DNA of 63,842 nt, filler included, from Octopus bimaculoides (Eukaryota): NCBI RefSeq assembly GCF_001194135.2. It is 6 parts of 6 records of this genome, joined end to end, with 100 filler letters (N's around TTAATTAATTAA, not from the genome) between each part and the next. Parts side by side here need not be neighbours in the genome. Positions count along the whole stretch, not along the records: positions 58,930 to 62,569 come from NW_026349582.1; positions 62,670 to 63,842 come from NW_026368144.1; 4 more parts are not named here. The stretch is one strand, 5' to 3'. Position numbers and translations under genes: made by a program. Below the pieces are notes generated by a model, which searched no databases, was not told the DNA's origin, and was given only the letters and a program-made list of their open reading frames with translations. Shown one piece after another: positions 62,546-63,842 of this stretch; position 1 is the first letter of the stretch, and every line of letters begins with the position of its first letter.

Positions 62546-63842
62546 ATATATATATATATATATATATATNNNNNNNNNNNNNNNNNNNNNNNNNNNNNNN
62601 NNNNNNNNNNNNNTTAATTAATTAANNNNNNNNNNNNNNNNNNNNNNNNNNNNNNNNNNNNNNNNNNNNCATGTATGTATGCATGCATGTAGTGCATATG
62701 TGTGTGCGTATGTGTGTGTAGATGTATATACACACAAGCACATATATACGAGTCGCGTGATTATTTGTCTGAATGTATTTTGTAACCATCCGGGCTAACG
62801 TTTTGCGCGTAGCAACACATGTGTTCTTGTGAAGTGTATCCACATAAAACATACGCACAATACCAAAAACACACACATATATATACATGTACATTACTGT
62901 TGTTACCCTGGTCGAGCGTCATTGAAGGTGTTCCAGCTATAAGCATTCCTATTGGATATTGTATCCAGGATTACAACGTAGAATATCTCTTTCTCTTATC
63001 AAGATTTTAAAGAATCGTATGATGAAGATTTGACTCTTATTTCTTGCAAGTTTGAAAGACTACAGTAAGGCTCCACCTTGGCCTTTGCAAGAATATTGTT
63101 ACATTGCACGTAAATTTAAAGGTGTATATATTTACGTAGAGATGCTTGTATGGACTGGTGAGGGTGTATATTAGTGCATATATGTATATAGATACATACA
63201 TATATATATATGTGTACGTGTATACATACACATATACTTATGTGTGCTCATGCATGTATATATAAATATAAATATATACACGGACACGTTGATATGAATA
63301 TATATTTGTATACGTACACATTTGATTCTCAGTCTGAAGAATTTGTAATAGGAAAACTCTTACATGTTTATCTGCGTCTAGATGATAAATCACAGCTACC
63401 CAAAAGCAATTGAGAACAGTTCTGTGTGAGGAAGGGAGATAATCTCAAGAACCAAGCGGTATCCAAATTTCACGTCATGAAGGAAAAGGACAGGTTTTAT
63501 CATCTGGAGATAAGAGGACAAGCATGGACTCATGTTTTTGATTTAATAAGCGTGATCAGCCAAACAACTGTCCTAACTCGTGACTCCAGCAACCAAGGGA
63601 AATATATACATGTTTATTTTAGGCAAATTACCTAGAACATAGACGTGTTCTACTCTTTTGGTACAAGTCTATGAGGCAGTCAGTGGTGGTCATGACAGTA
63701 GTGGCAGCTGTTATTGTTGTGCTAATTGTATTATGGTAAGATTGTGTGGGTGTGTGTTTATGATGATATACAATCAATATATATTCAGGTTATACTTAGT
63801 ACTATTACCTCTACAATAGAGATCGACTCTCTCTTTCCTTTC

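Noticed and set aside
63300-63640. Candidate downstream exon of the neuropeptide gene (acceptor ..TTCTCAG at about 63330; nearby 69-aa ORF)
   Set aside because: The phase-2 continuation stops after a few codons (T-L-K-N-L-*), and the nearby ORF has no AT-precursor features.

Overview
This is AT-rich eukaryotic DNA, saturated with microsatellites and tRNA-derived SINEs and broken by many N gaps. The repeat landscape and the neuropeptide found suggest a coleoid cephalopod, probably Octopus (inference). Nearly all ORFs in the supplied track are microsatellite or N-gap artefacts. One real host coding exon is supported: 45893-46134 (+), ATG at 45929. It encodes the N-terminus of an allatotropin-type (orexin-family) neuropeptide precursor: signal peptide, KR, LGNGFKNNILDRMAHGF-G-KR. 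The predicted amidated peptide has an unusual LGN extension. The rest of the precursor was not found in the visible sequence. Mobile elements include a full-length decayed Tc1 with long TIRs, a decayed mariner, a mariner MITE, a Tc1/mariner N-terminal fragment, Gypsy and Penelope-like remnants, four SINE families and a U6 pseudogene fused to a SINE. Not explained by these annotations are several minimal type I hammerhead-ribozyme-like motifs, three of them within about 1.3 kb upstream of the neuropeptide exon and one inside a 474-bp-period retrozyme-like element. There are also a perfect 127-bp foldback and a 145-nt imperfect hairpin. Coordinates were read by eye, so repeat boundaries are approximate.
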